A DNA stretch of 49,602 bases, from NCBI GenBank assembly GCA_001873215.1, contig MNYS01000006.1:122839-172440 (forward strand). The letters run 5' to 3'. The notes beneath the pieces were generated by a model that was not told the origin of the DNA, ran no database searches, and saw only the letters and a program-made list of their open reading frames with translations. This stretch comes from Candidatus Levybacteria bacterium CG2_30_37_29 (GTDB taxonomy: Bacteria; Patescibacteriota; Microgenomatia; Levybacterales; GWA1-39-11). The position numbers and the translations under genes are program-made. The stretch's first letter is position 1. Every line of letters starts with the position of its first letter. Shown here piece after piece: positions 26,355 to 35,398 of this stretch.

Positions 26355-28607
26355 TTAGTTACACTTCCAATCATGTGCAAAGTCAGTACATGTTCCGTTT
26401 GGACACCATCTTGAAGATGCTCCGTCACAGCAGCCGCTACCCGAACCTGGTGGTACTTGAATTACACATGCAAGATTATTATTACAATTACCCATCTTAC
26501 ATGGACCTCCAAGAACAGATGAATATGGTTCCGTAGTCGGTGTTGGGGTAGGAGTTGGTGTTTTGGTCGGCGTGGCAGTAGCACTAGGAACTGTTGTTGG
26601 GGTAGGAGTTGGTGTTCCCGTTGTGTGCGGTGCGGGGGTTAATGTTGTATTTGGTCTTAGACAACAGGCTTTATATTTATTACCCGTAAACGGATTTGTT
26701 GTATCTTTGCATGCTTGGTCAGCAGCGTTATTCTTTGCATTTTCTGCAGGAGGATAAGGCTTGCCTCTTTGTGGTGAAAATTCCGTGCAGAGTTTTTCTT
26801 CACAAGAACTTGAAGAAGGTGGGCAGTATCTGTAATCCGGCGTTGGTGTCGGGGTTCCCGGACCAGGAGTAGGTCCAAGGCACCAAGGAGACTTCCAGCA
26901 GGGATTTTGATCCTTATCATTATCATCCCAGCCGTATTCTCTAGGATCTGTTCCGCTAACGCATTGGTATACGTCAGTGTAATGCTTACCACAGTATTTT
27001 CCGGCGTAGGCATCTGCCATATCGTAAGGCTGGCCGTCGCATTTTGGAATTAGCGGATGGGGGTTATCTTCAGGTTTGGGAAGTCCCCCAGCGTTTTTAC
27101 ATACCTGTGAATCTTCAAGAATTATTGTTAGATCTTTGCAAACCCAACATACGCTGTTAGCCCCATTCTTTGCTTTACAATCTGCGCTACCTTTATCATC
27201 TGTATATCTATGCCATGTTTTTGGGTAAGTGGGGCATGCATCGTTTTCGTTGTGGGCTGTTAGAGGTTCACAAGAGCCAGAACAAGGCTTAGGAGTTGGA
27301 GTTGGGGTAGGGGATGACGTCGGCGTTGCCGTCGCACCACCAGGCGTCGTACTCACAGGTGTTGGTGTTGGTGTTGGAGATGAGGAGATTGCGCAAACAA
27401 CTTTATATTTGCACGTACCAGTGTTGTCAGAGTAGTTATTAGGATCAAAATCTGAAGAGAATGATAATTTGTCAGCAGAAATTATAATAGGCTGGAGTCC
27501 TCCTCCTGGATCATTGACCTGAGGACATTCTAGAGGACATCTACTTGAATTTGTATTGTCGGCGCTCCAAGCGCACCATCCTCCGGAGTCTTTAGTTGCT
27601 GAGCTAATAGGGCCATTTGTTGTAGCATTAATAGGTTTCTTCATGTCGAAACTTACAAAAGCCCCAACATCTCCATTACATGTTATGGGTATATTATTTC
27701 CAGATGTCGGGGTTGGCGTCGGTGTTCCGGTCGTATTAGGCGTGGGGGTTGGTGTTTTGCTCGGGGCTGGAGTTGTGTTGGAATCCGTAACATCAACGCT
27801 TGCATCTTTTTCTATGATTTGACCATCAGCATCAACAGTGACTTTTGTATGAATAGTAATCTTTGGTTTATCTGAATCTTCGACTTTATATGAAGGAGTG
27901 CAGTCACCTCCGCCTACACCGTTATTAGATTCGTTAAAAAACGGTGTTGTTTGTGGTGGCGCTGGAGCTGTTTGTGTCATTTTTATATGAAACGGAGTAT
28001 TTGCAGGAGTTAGATTGTAGCAGATCATTATATCATCACCGACCTTATAAGATGCTTCTTTATCAAAGGATACAACTAAGGTGTAATTTCCTGCGGCGCT
28101 TTGCGTTACTTTCGCTCCCTCCCCCAAGTTGTGGCGTTGGAACCAACCTTGGTTTACCTCAAGTGCGCGTCGGTAGGGAGCCTTTGGTGTAATGGGCGTT
28201 AAATCATTTGGTATTCCATCTTTTAGCTCGAGGATTTTTCCCGAAGCGTCAAGGAAGGCAATTGTCAGCGGAATTTTGGTATTTTTCATGTGGAACGCGA
28301 AGCTTACATCATCGGGAAAGACAAAAAGCATTCCGTGATCTTCAGGCATGCTGGTACGGTTCATAAGCCCATTCTCCCATTCAGCCTGTGTTGTAGCTAG
28401 CTCAACATAGATTTTTTCCGAAACGCCCGCATCAGTAATAGTTAGCGTACTACTACCGGCTGCTTGTTGGCGGGTGTCCTGCTGTTGACCCACCAGTTTT
28501 AGTGTTATCGGTATTGCCAGAAGTGTTATTGCGGCAATAATAATTGGAATCGGCGCAAACCCTCGGTTGGAGTTAAATTTGTTAAAATATTTAAACACAC
28601 CACTCAT
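26355..28607 (-). CDS. Modular surface protein: leader + QQDTRQQA, DUF192 domain, several Cys-rich modules with PT linkers
   Basis: VELATT..E...GLM.R...GMLFVF...FHMKNT.IPL.IAFLD...ALEVN.G (DUF192). Confidence 0.8.
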   Translation of the reverse strand: MSGVFKYFNKFNSNRGFAPIPIIIAAITLLAIPITLKLVGQQQDTRQQAAGSSTLTITDAGVSEKIYVELATTQAEWENGLMNRTSMPEDHGMLFVFPDDVSFAFHMKNTKIPLTIAFLDASGKILELKDGIPNDLTPITPKAPYRRALEVNQGWFQRHNLGEGAKVTQSAAGNYTLVVSFDKEASYKVGDDIMICYNLTPANTPFHIKMTQTAPAPPQTTPFFNESNNGVGGGDCTPSYKVEDSDKPKITIHTKVTVDADGQIIEKDASVDVTDSNTTPAPSKTPTPTPNTTGTPTPTPTSGNNIPITCNGDVGAFVSFDMKKPINATTNGPISSATKDSGGWCAWSADNTNSSRCPLECPQVNDPGGGLQPIIISADKLSFSSDFDPNNYSDNTGTCKYKVVCAISSSPTPTPTPVSTTPGGATATPTSSPTPTPTPKPCSGSCEPLTAHNENDACPTYPKTWHRYTDDKGSADCKAKNGANSVCWVCKDLTIILEDSQVCKNAGGLPKPEDNPHPLIPKCDGQPYDMADAYAGKYCGKHYTDVYQCVSGTDPREYGWDDNDKDQNPCWKSPWCLGPTPGPGTPTPTPDYRYCPPSSSSCEEKLCTEFSPQRGKPYPPAENAKNNAADQACKDTTNPFTGNKYKACCLRPNTTLTPAPHTTGTPTPTPTTVPSATATPTKTPTPTPTPTTEPYSSVLGGPCKMGNCNNNLACVIQVPPGSGSGCCDGASSRWCPNGTCTDFAHDWKCN

Positions 28608-28733
28608 ATACGATAAGTTCGCAATTAAGTAAATAATATATCTTAAGACAGGCCAGTGTCAATTAGGGGTTTGAACCAGAGCTCCGAGGATGAAAATCAA
28701 CTATTAACTAATCCCTATTCACTATTGACTAAT

Positions 28734-29204
28734 TTACGGGCAGGGGTGTGATGTATTATCGGTTTTAGCTTTTTCGTCTCCGTCCGGTCTTTGTCCTCCG
28801 CTGTTTGCTCCCTGAAAAAGCCTCACTCTCCAAGGTTTTGTATTAAATTCAGAACTCTTTGGTAGGGTCATAGCCGCCCAAACAGAAGGGTTGTGTGTAA
28901 ATTCATCAGATGACATTGTTTGAAATCCGCTTCCTTTATTAATCTCGAGAGTAATGTATCCCGTATCCGGTCCTTTTGCAGTAATTTCTATTTGTTCGCC
29001 AAGAGGTGCGCAGCCTTTTGTAACATAACTAATGTCCCATGTGGCGGTTCCACCGCCCGGAGTTGGAGTAGGGGTCGAAGAACTGCCGCCTGGTGTCGAA
29101 GATGAGGGAAGGACGTAATCGTTTCCTTGATAAGTTGCGCCGCCAATCAAGAAAGCCCCCAGAATAATAATTATAAGAATAACAATCTCACCGCCGACCT
29201 TCAT
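28734..29204 (-). CDS. Pilin-like-leader secreted protein
   Basis: MKVG|GEIVILIIIILGAFLIGG; S/T/P linker; small beta domain with 2 Cys. Confidence 0.65.
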   Translation of the reverse strand: MKVGGEIVILIIIILGAFLIGGATYQGNDYVLPSSSTPGGSSSTPTPTPGGGTATWDISYVTKGCAPLGEQIEITAKGPDTGYITLEINKGSGFQTMSSDEFTHNPSVWAAMTLPKSSEFNTKPWRVRLFQGANSGGQRPDGDEKAKTDNTSHPCP

Positions 29205-29271
29205 ATATATAAAGTATATCTCAATTAATTGAAAATTGAAAACCCGTTAATACATACCGTTAATAATTAAT

Positions 29272-29286
29272 ACACCCCGAAGGTGT
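29272..29286. repeat. REP-like palindrome family B, upstream copy
   Basis: ACACC-CCGAA-GGTGT. Confidence 0.85.
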
Positions 29287-29327
29287 TTATTGTTGACACA
29301 TGACGAAATATTTGCTTTATTGAATAT

Positions 29328-29972
29328 ATGGCTTCAAGAAAAGTACCTTTAGCAACCGGAGAACACTATCATGTCTTTAACCGCGGCGTTGCCAAAATGC
29401 GTATTTTCAATAATGTTTATGATTGCAACAGATTTTTAAGATGTGTTCTCTATTACCAAATCGATGGATCTAAGCCAAGATTCTCTGTATTTACACCCGA
29501 AACTCATGAGTTAAATTCGGCCAAAAAGATCGTCGATATAATTTCTTATTGCTTTATGCCGAATCATTTTCATTTCTTGCTGAAACAAGTAAGAGACGGT
29601 GGGATTTCTGAATTTATTAGCAAAATAAGTAATAGCTACACCAAATATTTCAATATCAAAAATGATCGAATTGGCCCACTTTTACAAGGGGATTTCAAAG
29701 CCGTACACATTGAATCAAACGAGCAATTGCTCCATGTTGGACGGTATATTCATCTTAATCCCGTGATTGGTTTTGTGACAAAAGATTTAGAATTATATAA
29801 GTGGTCTTCGTATCCAGAATATATTGATCTTATTAAAGATAGCATCTGTGAAAAAGAAATCATTCTTAGCCAGTTCGAAACCAAAAACGACTATAAACAA
29901 TTTGTTTTAAACCACGTTGACTATGCACAGAAACACGACCAGGTAAAACATCTTTTGTTAGACTTTGAATAA
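29328..29972 (+). CDS. Second REP-associated tyrosine transposase (Y1/HUH)
   Basis: HYHVFNRG, YCFMPNHFHFLL, GPLLQG.FK, RYIHLNP, YKWSSY. Confidence 0.92.
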   Translation: MASRKVPLATGEHYHVFNRGVAKMRIFNNVYDCNRFLRCVLYYQIDGSKPRFSVFTPETHELNSAKKIVDIISYCFMPNHFHFLLKQVRDGGISEFISKISNSYTKYFNIKNDRIGPLLQGDFKAVHIESNEQLLHVGRYIHLNPVIGFVTKDLELYKWSSYPEYIDLIKDSICEKEIILSQFETKNDYKQFVLNHVDYAQKHDQVKHLLLDFE

Positions 29973-30011
29973 GAGAGGGTTTGACTATTAATCCCCGCGT
30001 GCAATCGTAAG

Positions 30012-30026
30012 ACACCCCGAAGGTGT
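30012..30026. repeat. REP-like palindrome family B, downstream copy
   Basis: ACACCCCGAAGGTGT, same orientation as 29272. Confidence 0.85.
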
Positions 30027-30084
30027 TGTTATGTATTAATCAGTTTCGTTAGAAACAAATTGGAAGCTAGCTACGAAGTGGGGG

Positions 30085-30393
30085 TTAGTGGATTTCAAGC
30101 GCAGCAATTCTTTTCTCGTGGTTGTCAGTTGTAACTGTTAATCTTCTCATCTGAAGTGTTCCGGCGGCATTCTCCGCATCAAGATCATCAAGACGTTTCA
30201 TAATTTTATCTGCAGATGTAAGAATCTTGTCGTTTATTTCATTAAACCTTTCATCAACACGTTCAATAATTGTTTCGCTCATGTCAAAAATGTTATCCTT
30301 AGTAGCAAATTTCTTTTCAAGTTTTTTTTCGAATTCGTCAAACTCTTTCTTTAGTTCATTATTGGATACTGGTTTGTCGGTTTGTTTTTTCAT
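30085..30393 (-). CDS. Small coiled-coil hypothetical protein
   Basis: FATKD...HEKRIAALE heptad pattern. Confidence 0.7.
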   Translation of the reverse strand: MKKQTDKPVSNNELKKEFDEFEKKLEKKFATKDNIFDMSETIIERVDERFNEINDKILTSADKIMKRLDDLDAENAAGTLQMRRLTVTTDNHEKRIAALEIH

Positions 30394-30434
30394 ATTAAAA
30401 CATATTAAAAATAGAATAACATTTCACTTGCGGT

Positions 30435-30463
30435 TTGACAATATGACAAACTATTTATATAAT
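30435..30463 (+). promoter_or_regulatory. Consensus sigma70 promoter of rpsB-tsf
   Basis: TTGACA-17-TATAAT exactly. Confidence 0.88.
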
Positions 30464-30469
30464 AGTCAG

Positions 30470-30546
30470 ATCAGACACACTTGGGGCATTTGTCCTGAAT
30501 CTTACGGCTCAAGTGGGTGGTTAAGGACAATTAAATCTTTAAATAT
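30470..30546 (+). ncRNA. Structured rpsB leader (probable S2 autoregulatory element)
   Basis: CACTTGGG/CTCAAGTG and TTGTCCT/AGGACAA complementary pairs, interleaved. Confidence 0.55.
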
Positions 30547-31398
30547 ATGAGAGATATTACACTTGAAGAATTGCTCGAAGCAGGTTGCCATTTTGGCCAC
30601 CAAGTAAATAGACGAAATCCCAAAGCGGATGAGTATATTTTTGAGGAACGATCCGGAGTTCATATCATTGATCTTGATAAAACTCGCGACGGAATCGTAT
30701 CCGCAGGAAAATATATGAAAGACCTTTCCCGTTCAGGCGGATATGTTGTTTTGGTCGGGACCAAAAGGCAGGCAAAGCAAATTGTAAAAGACGAAGTTGA
30801 GCGCGCAAGAAATGCTGGAACAAAAGGAATTTTTTACGTTATAACTCGTTGGGTCGGTGGAACTCTCACCAATTTTTCAGAAGTTTCAAAAAACTTCAAA
30901 AAGCTCCGTGACCTAAATGATTTTCTTTCAGGTGATAAAAAAAGCGAATACACAAAAAGAGAAATTCTTCTTATGGAAAGAGAAAGGGATAAGCTAAGAC
31001 ATTTATATGAGGGAATTATTGATATGGATAGAATTCCCGATGCTCTTTGTATTATCGGAACACAACTTGAGAAAACTGCTGTTTCTGAAGCAAAAAGCAA
31101 TGGAATAGAGGTTGTGGGAATTGTTGATACAAATTCAGATCCGACGCAAATTCAATATCCGATTCCGGCAAATGACGATGCTGTCGGTTCTATAAAACTA
31201 ATTACAGCATATTTGACAGATGCTTGGATAGAAGGAGCTTCTCAAAAGCAAGAACAAGAGGAAAAGGATGCAAAAACAGAAGCGGAAAAAGCAGCAAAAC
31301 CGGCAGTTGAAAAAAAAGAGGTAAAACCAAAAAAAGAAGTCGTGAAAGTAAAAAAGCAAAAGCCTCCAAAGAAAAAAGCAAAGAAAGCGTCTAGTTAG
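30547..31398 (+). CDS. rpsB: 30S ribosomal protein S2 with K/E-rich tail
   Basis: LLEAGCHFGH, HIIDL.KT, VGTK.QA, RWVGGTLTN, IVDTNSDP, PANDDA. Confidence 0.98.
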   Translation: MRDITLEELLEAGCHFGHQVNRRNPKADEYIFEERSGVHIIDLDKTRDGIVSAGKYMKDLSRSGGYVVLVGTKRQAKQIVKDEVERARNAGTKGIFYVITRWVGGTLTNFSEVSKNFKKLRDLNDFLSGDKKSEYTKREILLMERERDKLRHLYEGIIDMDRIPDALCIIGTQLEKTAVSEAKSNGIEVVGIVDTNSDPTQIQYPIPANDDAVGSIKLITAYLTDAWIEGASQKQEQEEKDAKTEAEKAAKPAVEKKEVKPKKEVVKVKKQKPPKKKAKKASS

Positions 31399-31468
31399 GA
31401 AGCGTTTAGGGTTTAGTTAATTTAAGGTAAACTAAACGCTAAGTCCTAAACCCTAATAACTTTTGAAT

Positions 31469-31924
31469 ATGGTTAATACTAATTTAATTAAGGAATTGCG
31501 GGATAAAACCAGCGCAGGAATTGCGGATTGCCGTGTTGCTCTGGAAGAGGCAAATGGTGATATTAAAAAAGCAACAGAAATTTTGCAAAAAAAGGGATTT
31601 GAAAAAGCGGCAAAAAAATCCGACAGGCAAACAGGAGAAGGATTGGTTGAAAGTTATATTCATCAAACAGGAAAAGTCGGCGTTTTAATTTCATTATTGT
31701 GCGAAACGGATTTCGTAGCAAGAACTGACGAATTCAAAACTTTGGCTCATGAAATAGCGATGCAAATTGCCGCAATGAATCCAAAAGATTCTAAGAGTTT
31801 ACTTTCACAAGAATATATAAGAGACGGATCAAAAACAATCAATGATTTGATTCAGGAAACAATAGCAAAACTGGGTGAGAATATTAAGATTGGAACGTTC
31901 TCCCGGATACAAATTTCCAAATAG
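31469..31924 (+). CDS. tsf: Elongation factor Ts (short form, 151 aa)
   Basis: IKELR.KT.AGI.DC..AL, EGLVESYIH, CETDFVAR, IAKLGENI. Confidence 0.96.
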   Translation: MVNTNLIKELRDKTSAGIADCRVALEEANGDIKKATEILQKKGFEKAAKKSDRQTGEGLVESYIHQTGKVGVLISLLCETDFVARTDEFKTLAHEIAMQIAAMNPKDSKSLLSQEYIRDGSKTINDLIQETIAKLGENIKIGTFSRIQISK

Positions 31925-31981
31925 CAGGAATAATTAAGGGTAATTTTGATTTTTTCCATCACTTCTGTATAATAACTTGAT

Positions 31982-33091
31982 ATGCTTATAACAACCATTT
32001 TAGCTTTTATTGCTATCCTCTCGGTTTTGGTCATTATCCATGAATTAGGACATTTTATTCTCGCAAAAAAATTCGGTGTAAAAGTTGAAGAGTTTGGTTT
32101 TGGATTTCCCCCGCGTATTTTTGGAATTAAAAAAGGTGAAACTCTTTATTCGATAAATCTTTTGCCGGTTGGCGGTTTTGTAAAACTTTATGGGGAAGAT
32201 GCCGCAGGAGGAGGGCAAGTTAAAAGTTCAAAGTTAAAAGTTAAAAGTCATGATTTGAAGCGCGCTTTTTTTGCGCGCAGCGCAGGGCAGCGCGCCGCAA
32301 TTGTTCTGGCAGGGGTTGTTATGAATTTTTTGCTTGCTGTTGTTTTGATATCTTTTCTTTTTGCAACTCAAGGCGTTTCTATTCCGACAAAAAATATTCG
32401 CGTTGTCGAAGTCCTTTCTGACGGACCGTCATTTGTCTCGGGTATTAAGATAGACGACATAATTCTATCGCTAAATTCTAAACCAATTCAAAAGACAGAA
32501 GATTTTATTTCTCAAACCAAATCACATCTGGGAGAGCAAGTTATTCTTAAAATCAAACGTGGTGAAAAAATCATGACTATAATGCTTATTCCCCGTAAAG
32601 TATTTCCAAAAGGTGAGGGGCCTTTGGGTATTGCGATTACTAATATCGAGATTAAAAAATATTCTATTATAGAGGCGCCTTTTTTTGGAACGCTGGAAGC
32701 ATTCAAATTTTCTTATCTTATAGGGAATGGTCTTTTGGATATGGTTGTTAATCTTGTTTTGCATGGACAAAAACCAACGGGAATTGCAGGACCCATTGGA
32801 GTTGCCCAGCTTACAGGTCAAGCAGTATCTTACGGTATTGGTGCAACGCTGTGGTTTGCAGCGCTTCTTTCTCTTAATTTAGCCGTATTAAATGTTTTGC
32901 CTATTCCGGCTCTTGACGGTGGTAGACTCTTTTTTATTTTAATAGAACTTGTAACGGGTAAAAAAGTTAACCAAAAATATGAAACCTATGCACACGCAAT
33001 AGGTCTTATTGCCCTCTTGGGTTTGATTGTATTAGTTACTGTTCTTGACGTATTGCGTATTTTTTCAGGAAAAAGTATACTACAGCCGTAA
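31982..33091 (+). CDS. rseP: Site-2 (M50) zinc metalloprotease with PDZ domain
   Basis: HELGH, F.FGFPP, GGFVKLYGE, NVLPIPALDGG. Confidence 0.95.
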   Translation: MLITTILAFIAILSVLVIIHELGHFILAKKFGVKVEEFGFGFPPRIFGIKKGETLYSINLLPVGGFVKLYGEDAAGGGQVKSSKLKVKSHDLKRAFFARSAGQRAAIVLAGVVMNFLLAVVLISFLFATQGVSIPTKNIRVVEVLSDGPSFVSGIKIDDIILSLNSKPIQKTEDFISQTKSHLGEQVILKIKRGEKIMTIMLIPRKVFPKGEGPLGIAITNIEIKKYSIIEAPFFGTLEAFKFSYLIGNGLLDMVVNLVLHGQKPTGIAGPIGVAQLTGQAVSYGIGATLWFAALLSLNLAVLNVLPIPALDGGRLFFILIELVTGKKVNQKYETYAHAIGLIALLGLIVLVTVLDVLRIFSGKSILQP

Positions 33092-33529
33092 ATGCGAAAC
33101 GAAGCTCCTCCTTATACTTCTTCCATCCGTCCGCATGAAGACTCAAAAGACTGGAATCCCATACTTGAAATTTTTGAAACCGCTCATGCCCTGGCGCGTC
33201 ACATGAAGGATAAAACAAGAGATTCTAAGCACGAAAAGGAAGACGCAGAAAGCGCAAATAAGAAATTCAGAGACCATCATATAGACGAAATAATTGATGT
33301 TGTAATTAATGATGTTTTGTATTTAATTCAGGGGAAAGAAGACGAGGGATTGCAGAGACACGAGTTGCCGCACAAGGGAGAATATGAAGGATTTAGGGAG
33401 ATCGAAATTAATGGAGCAGCTGGTTGGTTTGTGGGGTTAAAAGGTGATACTGGAATATTGATTCCTGTCGGAGAGTTAAAAAGCACCGCACAAATTGTAT
33501 CTTTTAAGCCTACCCCAAAGGACAAATAA
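33092..33529 (+). CDS. Hypothetical protein
   Basis: 145-aa ORF directly after rseP stop. Confidence 0.6.
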   Translation: MRNEAPPYTSSIRPHEDSKDWNPILEIFETAHALARHMKDKTRDSKHEKEDAESANKKFRDHHIDEIIDVVINDVLYLIQGKEDEGLQRHELPHKGEYEGFREIEINGAAGWFVGLKGDTGILIPVGELKSTAQIVSFKPTPKDK

Positions 33530-33575
33530 AACACTTGCCAAATGACCTAATTTTTGATACTCTTGTTAACAACAG

Positions 33576-34136
33576 ATGGATCCTCAAATAAAAATTGTCC
33601 ACGATAAAATGCAGAGAGCATTTGAAGTTTTGCATCAGGATTTTGCGACTGTTAGAACCGGAAAAGCCTCGCCGTCTCTTATTGAAAATATAACCATAAA
33701 CGCTTACGGCGGGACAACTCCTCTAAAAGTTTTGGAGTTGGCAACTATTCATGCATCAGATCCGCAAACGCTTGTTATAACCCCTTTTGATAGCAGTATT
33801 ATTTCTGAAATTGAAAGAGGAATTGCCAATGCGGACGTAGGCCTTAATCCGATTGTTGACGGAAATATATTAAGAATAAATCTTCCACCTCTTACCGAAG
33901 AGAGAAGACTTGAATTTACAAAAGTTATAGCTCAAAAAGCCGAAAACGGAAAAGTAATGATAAGGCAAATTCGGCATGAAGCAATGGAAACAATTAAAAA
34001 AAATGCAGAGGTTAGTGGTCTATCGGAAGATTCGGTTACGCGCCTTGAAAAAGAAGTTCAAAAAACAACAGATGACTATATGGAAAAAATAGATACTTTA
34101 CGAAGTGAAAAAGAAAAAGAATTGATGAAATTATAG
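33576..34136 (+). CDS. frr: Ribosome recycling factor
   Basis: VRTGKASP.L, YGG..PL..LA, GLNP..DG, PPLTEERR, IRQIR, EKEKELM. Confidence 0.97.
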   Translation: MDPQIKIVHDKMQRAFEVLHQDFATVRTGKASPSLIENITINAYGGTTPLKVLELATIHASDPQTLVITPFDSSIISEIERGIANADVGLNPIVDGNILRINLPPLTEERRLEFTKVIAQKAENGKVMIRQIRHEAMETIKKNAEVSGLSEDSVTRLEKEVQKTTDDYMEKIDTLRSEKEKELMKL

Positions 34137-34203
34137 TTTTGGTTTAGGAAATTAGGAAAGCAAACATAGGTCAACCTTCCTATATATAATATATCTTTGC
34201 ATC

Positions 34204-34806
34204 ATGAGACTTCCCAAAGCCATTGAAAAAGTTATTGAAAGTTTTGAAAGACTCCCCGGAGTGGGACCAAAAACAGCACAGCGCCTGACTTTTTATCTGC
34301 TTCACGTTCCGCAAAGCGATTTGGAAGACATGGCAGAAGCGCTAACAATGCTTAAAAAAGAAACAGTTATGTGTTCTGTATGCGCAAATATCGGAGAGAA
34401 TGATCCATGCTGGATTTGTACAGATAGCAGCCGGGATAGGGATACGATATGTATTGTTGAAGACCCACTTGATGTTTTGGCTATCGAAAAAGGGGGAAAG
34501 TATAAAGGCGTATATCATGTTCTTCATGGAGTGATAGATCCGCTGAATAGCATGGGGCCTGATGACATTTATATTCCCCAACTCATAGTGCGTCTTAAAA
34601 AAGATAAAGCGAGCGAGCTTATTCTGGCGACAAATCCTACAGTTGAGGGAGAGGCAACAGCTCTTTATATTGTGCGGGAAGTTGGAAAAATGTTTGATGG
34701 TATAAAGATTACTCGCATAGGCCGGGGGCTCCCCATTGGCGCAGATTTAGAGTATGCGGATGAAACAACAATCGAGCGGGCGCTTGAAGGGAGAAGAGAG
34801 TATTAG
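34204..34806 (+). CDS. recR: Recombination mediator RecR
   Basis: LPGVGPKTAQRL, C4 zinc finger, YHVLHG, ATNPTVEGEATA, GADLEYAD. Confidence 0.97.
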   Translation: MRLPKAIEKVIESFERLPGVGPKTAQRLTFYLLHVPQSDLEDMAEALTMLKKETVMCSVCANIGENDPCWICTDSSRDRDTICIVEDPLDVLAIEKGGKYKGVYHVLHGVIDPLNSMGPDDIYIPQLIVRLKKDKASELILATNPTVEGEATALYIVREVGKMFDGIKITRIGRGLPIGADLEYADETTIERALEGRREY

Positions 34807-34930
34807 GTTTTAGGTAATAGGTTATAGGGGAATAGTGAATAGTGAATAGGTTTAGTTTATATGGCATAGATATGTGGGTTTAGTAGGCTGTTGCTTTACT
34901 TCGGGATATATTTTGATATAATACCGGTTA

Positions 34931-35398
34931 ATGAAACAGATTTTCCTTATTACTGCGGGTATACTTGCTTTTGTTATTATAGTTTTTGTTATTTCAAGCG
35001 CTTTGCGTCCGGTTTTATCACCAATTTTTAGAATAGGGCGTTCTAGTATTACTCCAACTCCAACAATTCAAAAGTTACCTTCAACAGAAGAAAAACAAAA
35101 ATCACCTCAGATATCCGGACTTGAAGGGCAAACTGTTTTTCTGACCCAGACAAAAATACAGAGTATTATATCAGGAGTTGCATTTTGGACAGGACCGATA
35201 AGCAGTAAGGAAAAGTCGCTTTTGGTAATAACAAGTAACGGAGGCGCAAAGAATTTTCGGCCGGGACAAATCGTAAAAGTTACGGGAACACTTCGAAAAT
35301 ATAGCGAAAATAGCGTTTGGGGTCTTTCCGGCGAAGATATTAAAAAAGTTAAAACACAAGGAATGTATCTTGACGCGACCTTAATCCAAAACCCCTAA
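34931..35398 (+). CDS. Membrane-anchored hypothetical protein, possible OB fold
   Basis: N-terminal TM; PGQIVKVTGTLR. Confidence 0.6.
   Translation: MKQIFLITAGILAFVIIVFVISSALRPVLSPIFRIGRSSITPTPTIQKLPSTEEKQKSPQISGLEGQTVFLTQTKIQSIISGVAFWTGPISSKEKSLLVITSNGGAKNFRPGQIVKVTGTLRKYSENSVWGLSGEDIKKVKTQGMYLDATLIQNP

Noticed and set aside
8017-27822. Many plus-strand GVGV-rich ORFs (8017, 13586, 14899, 24242, 26563, 27229, 27556)
   Set aside because: Antisense translations of Pro-Thr linkers.
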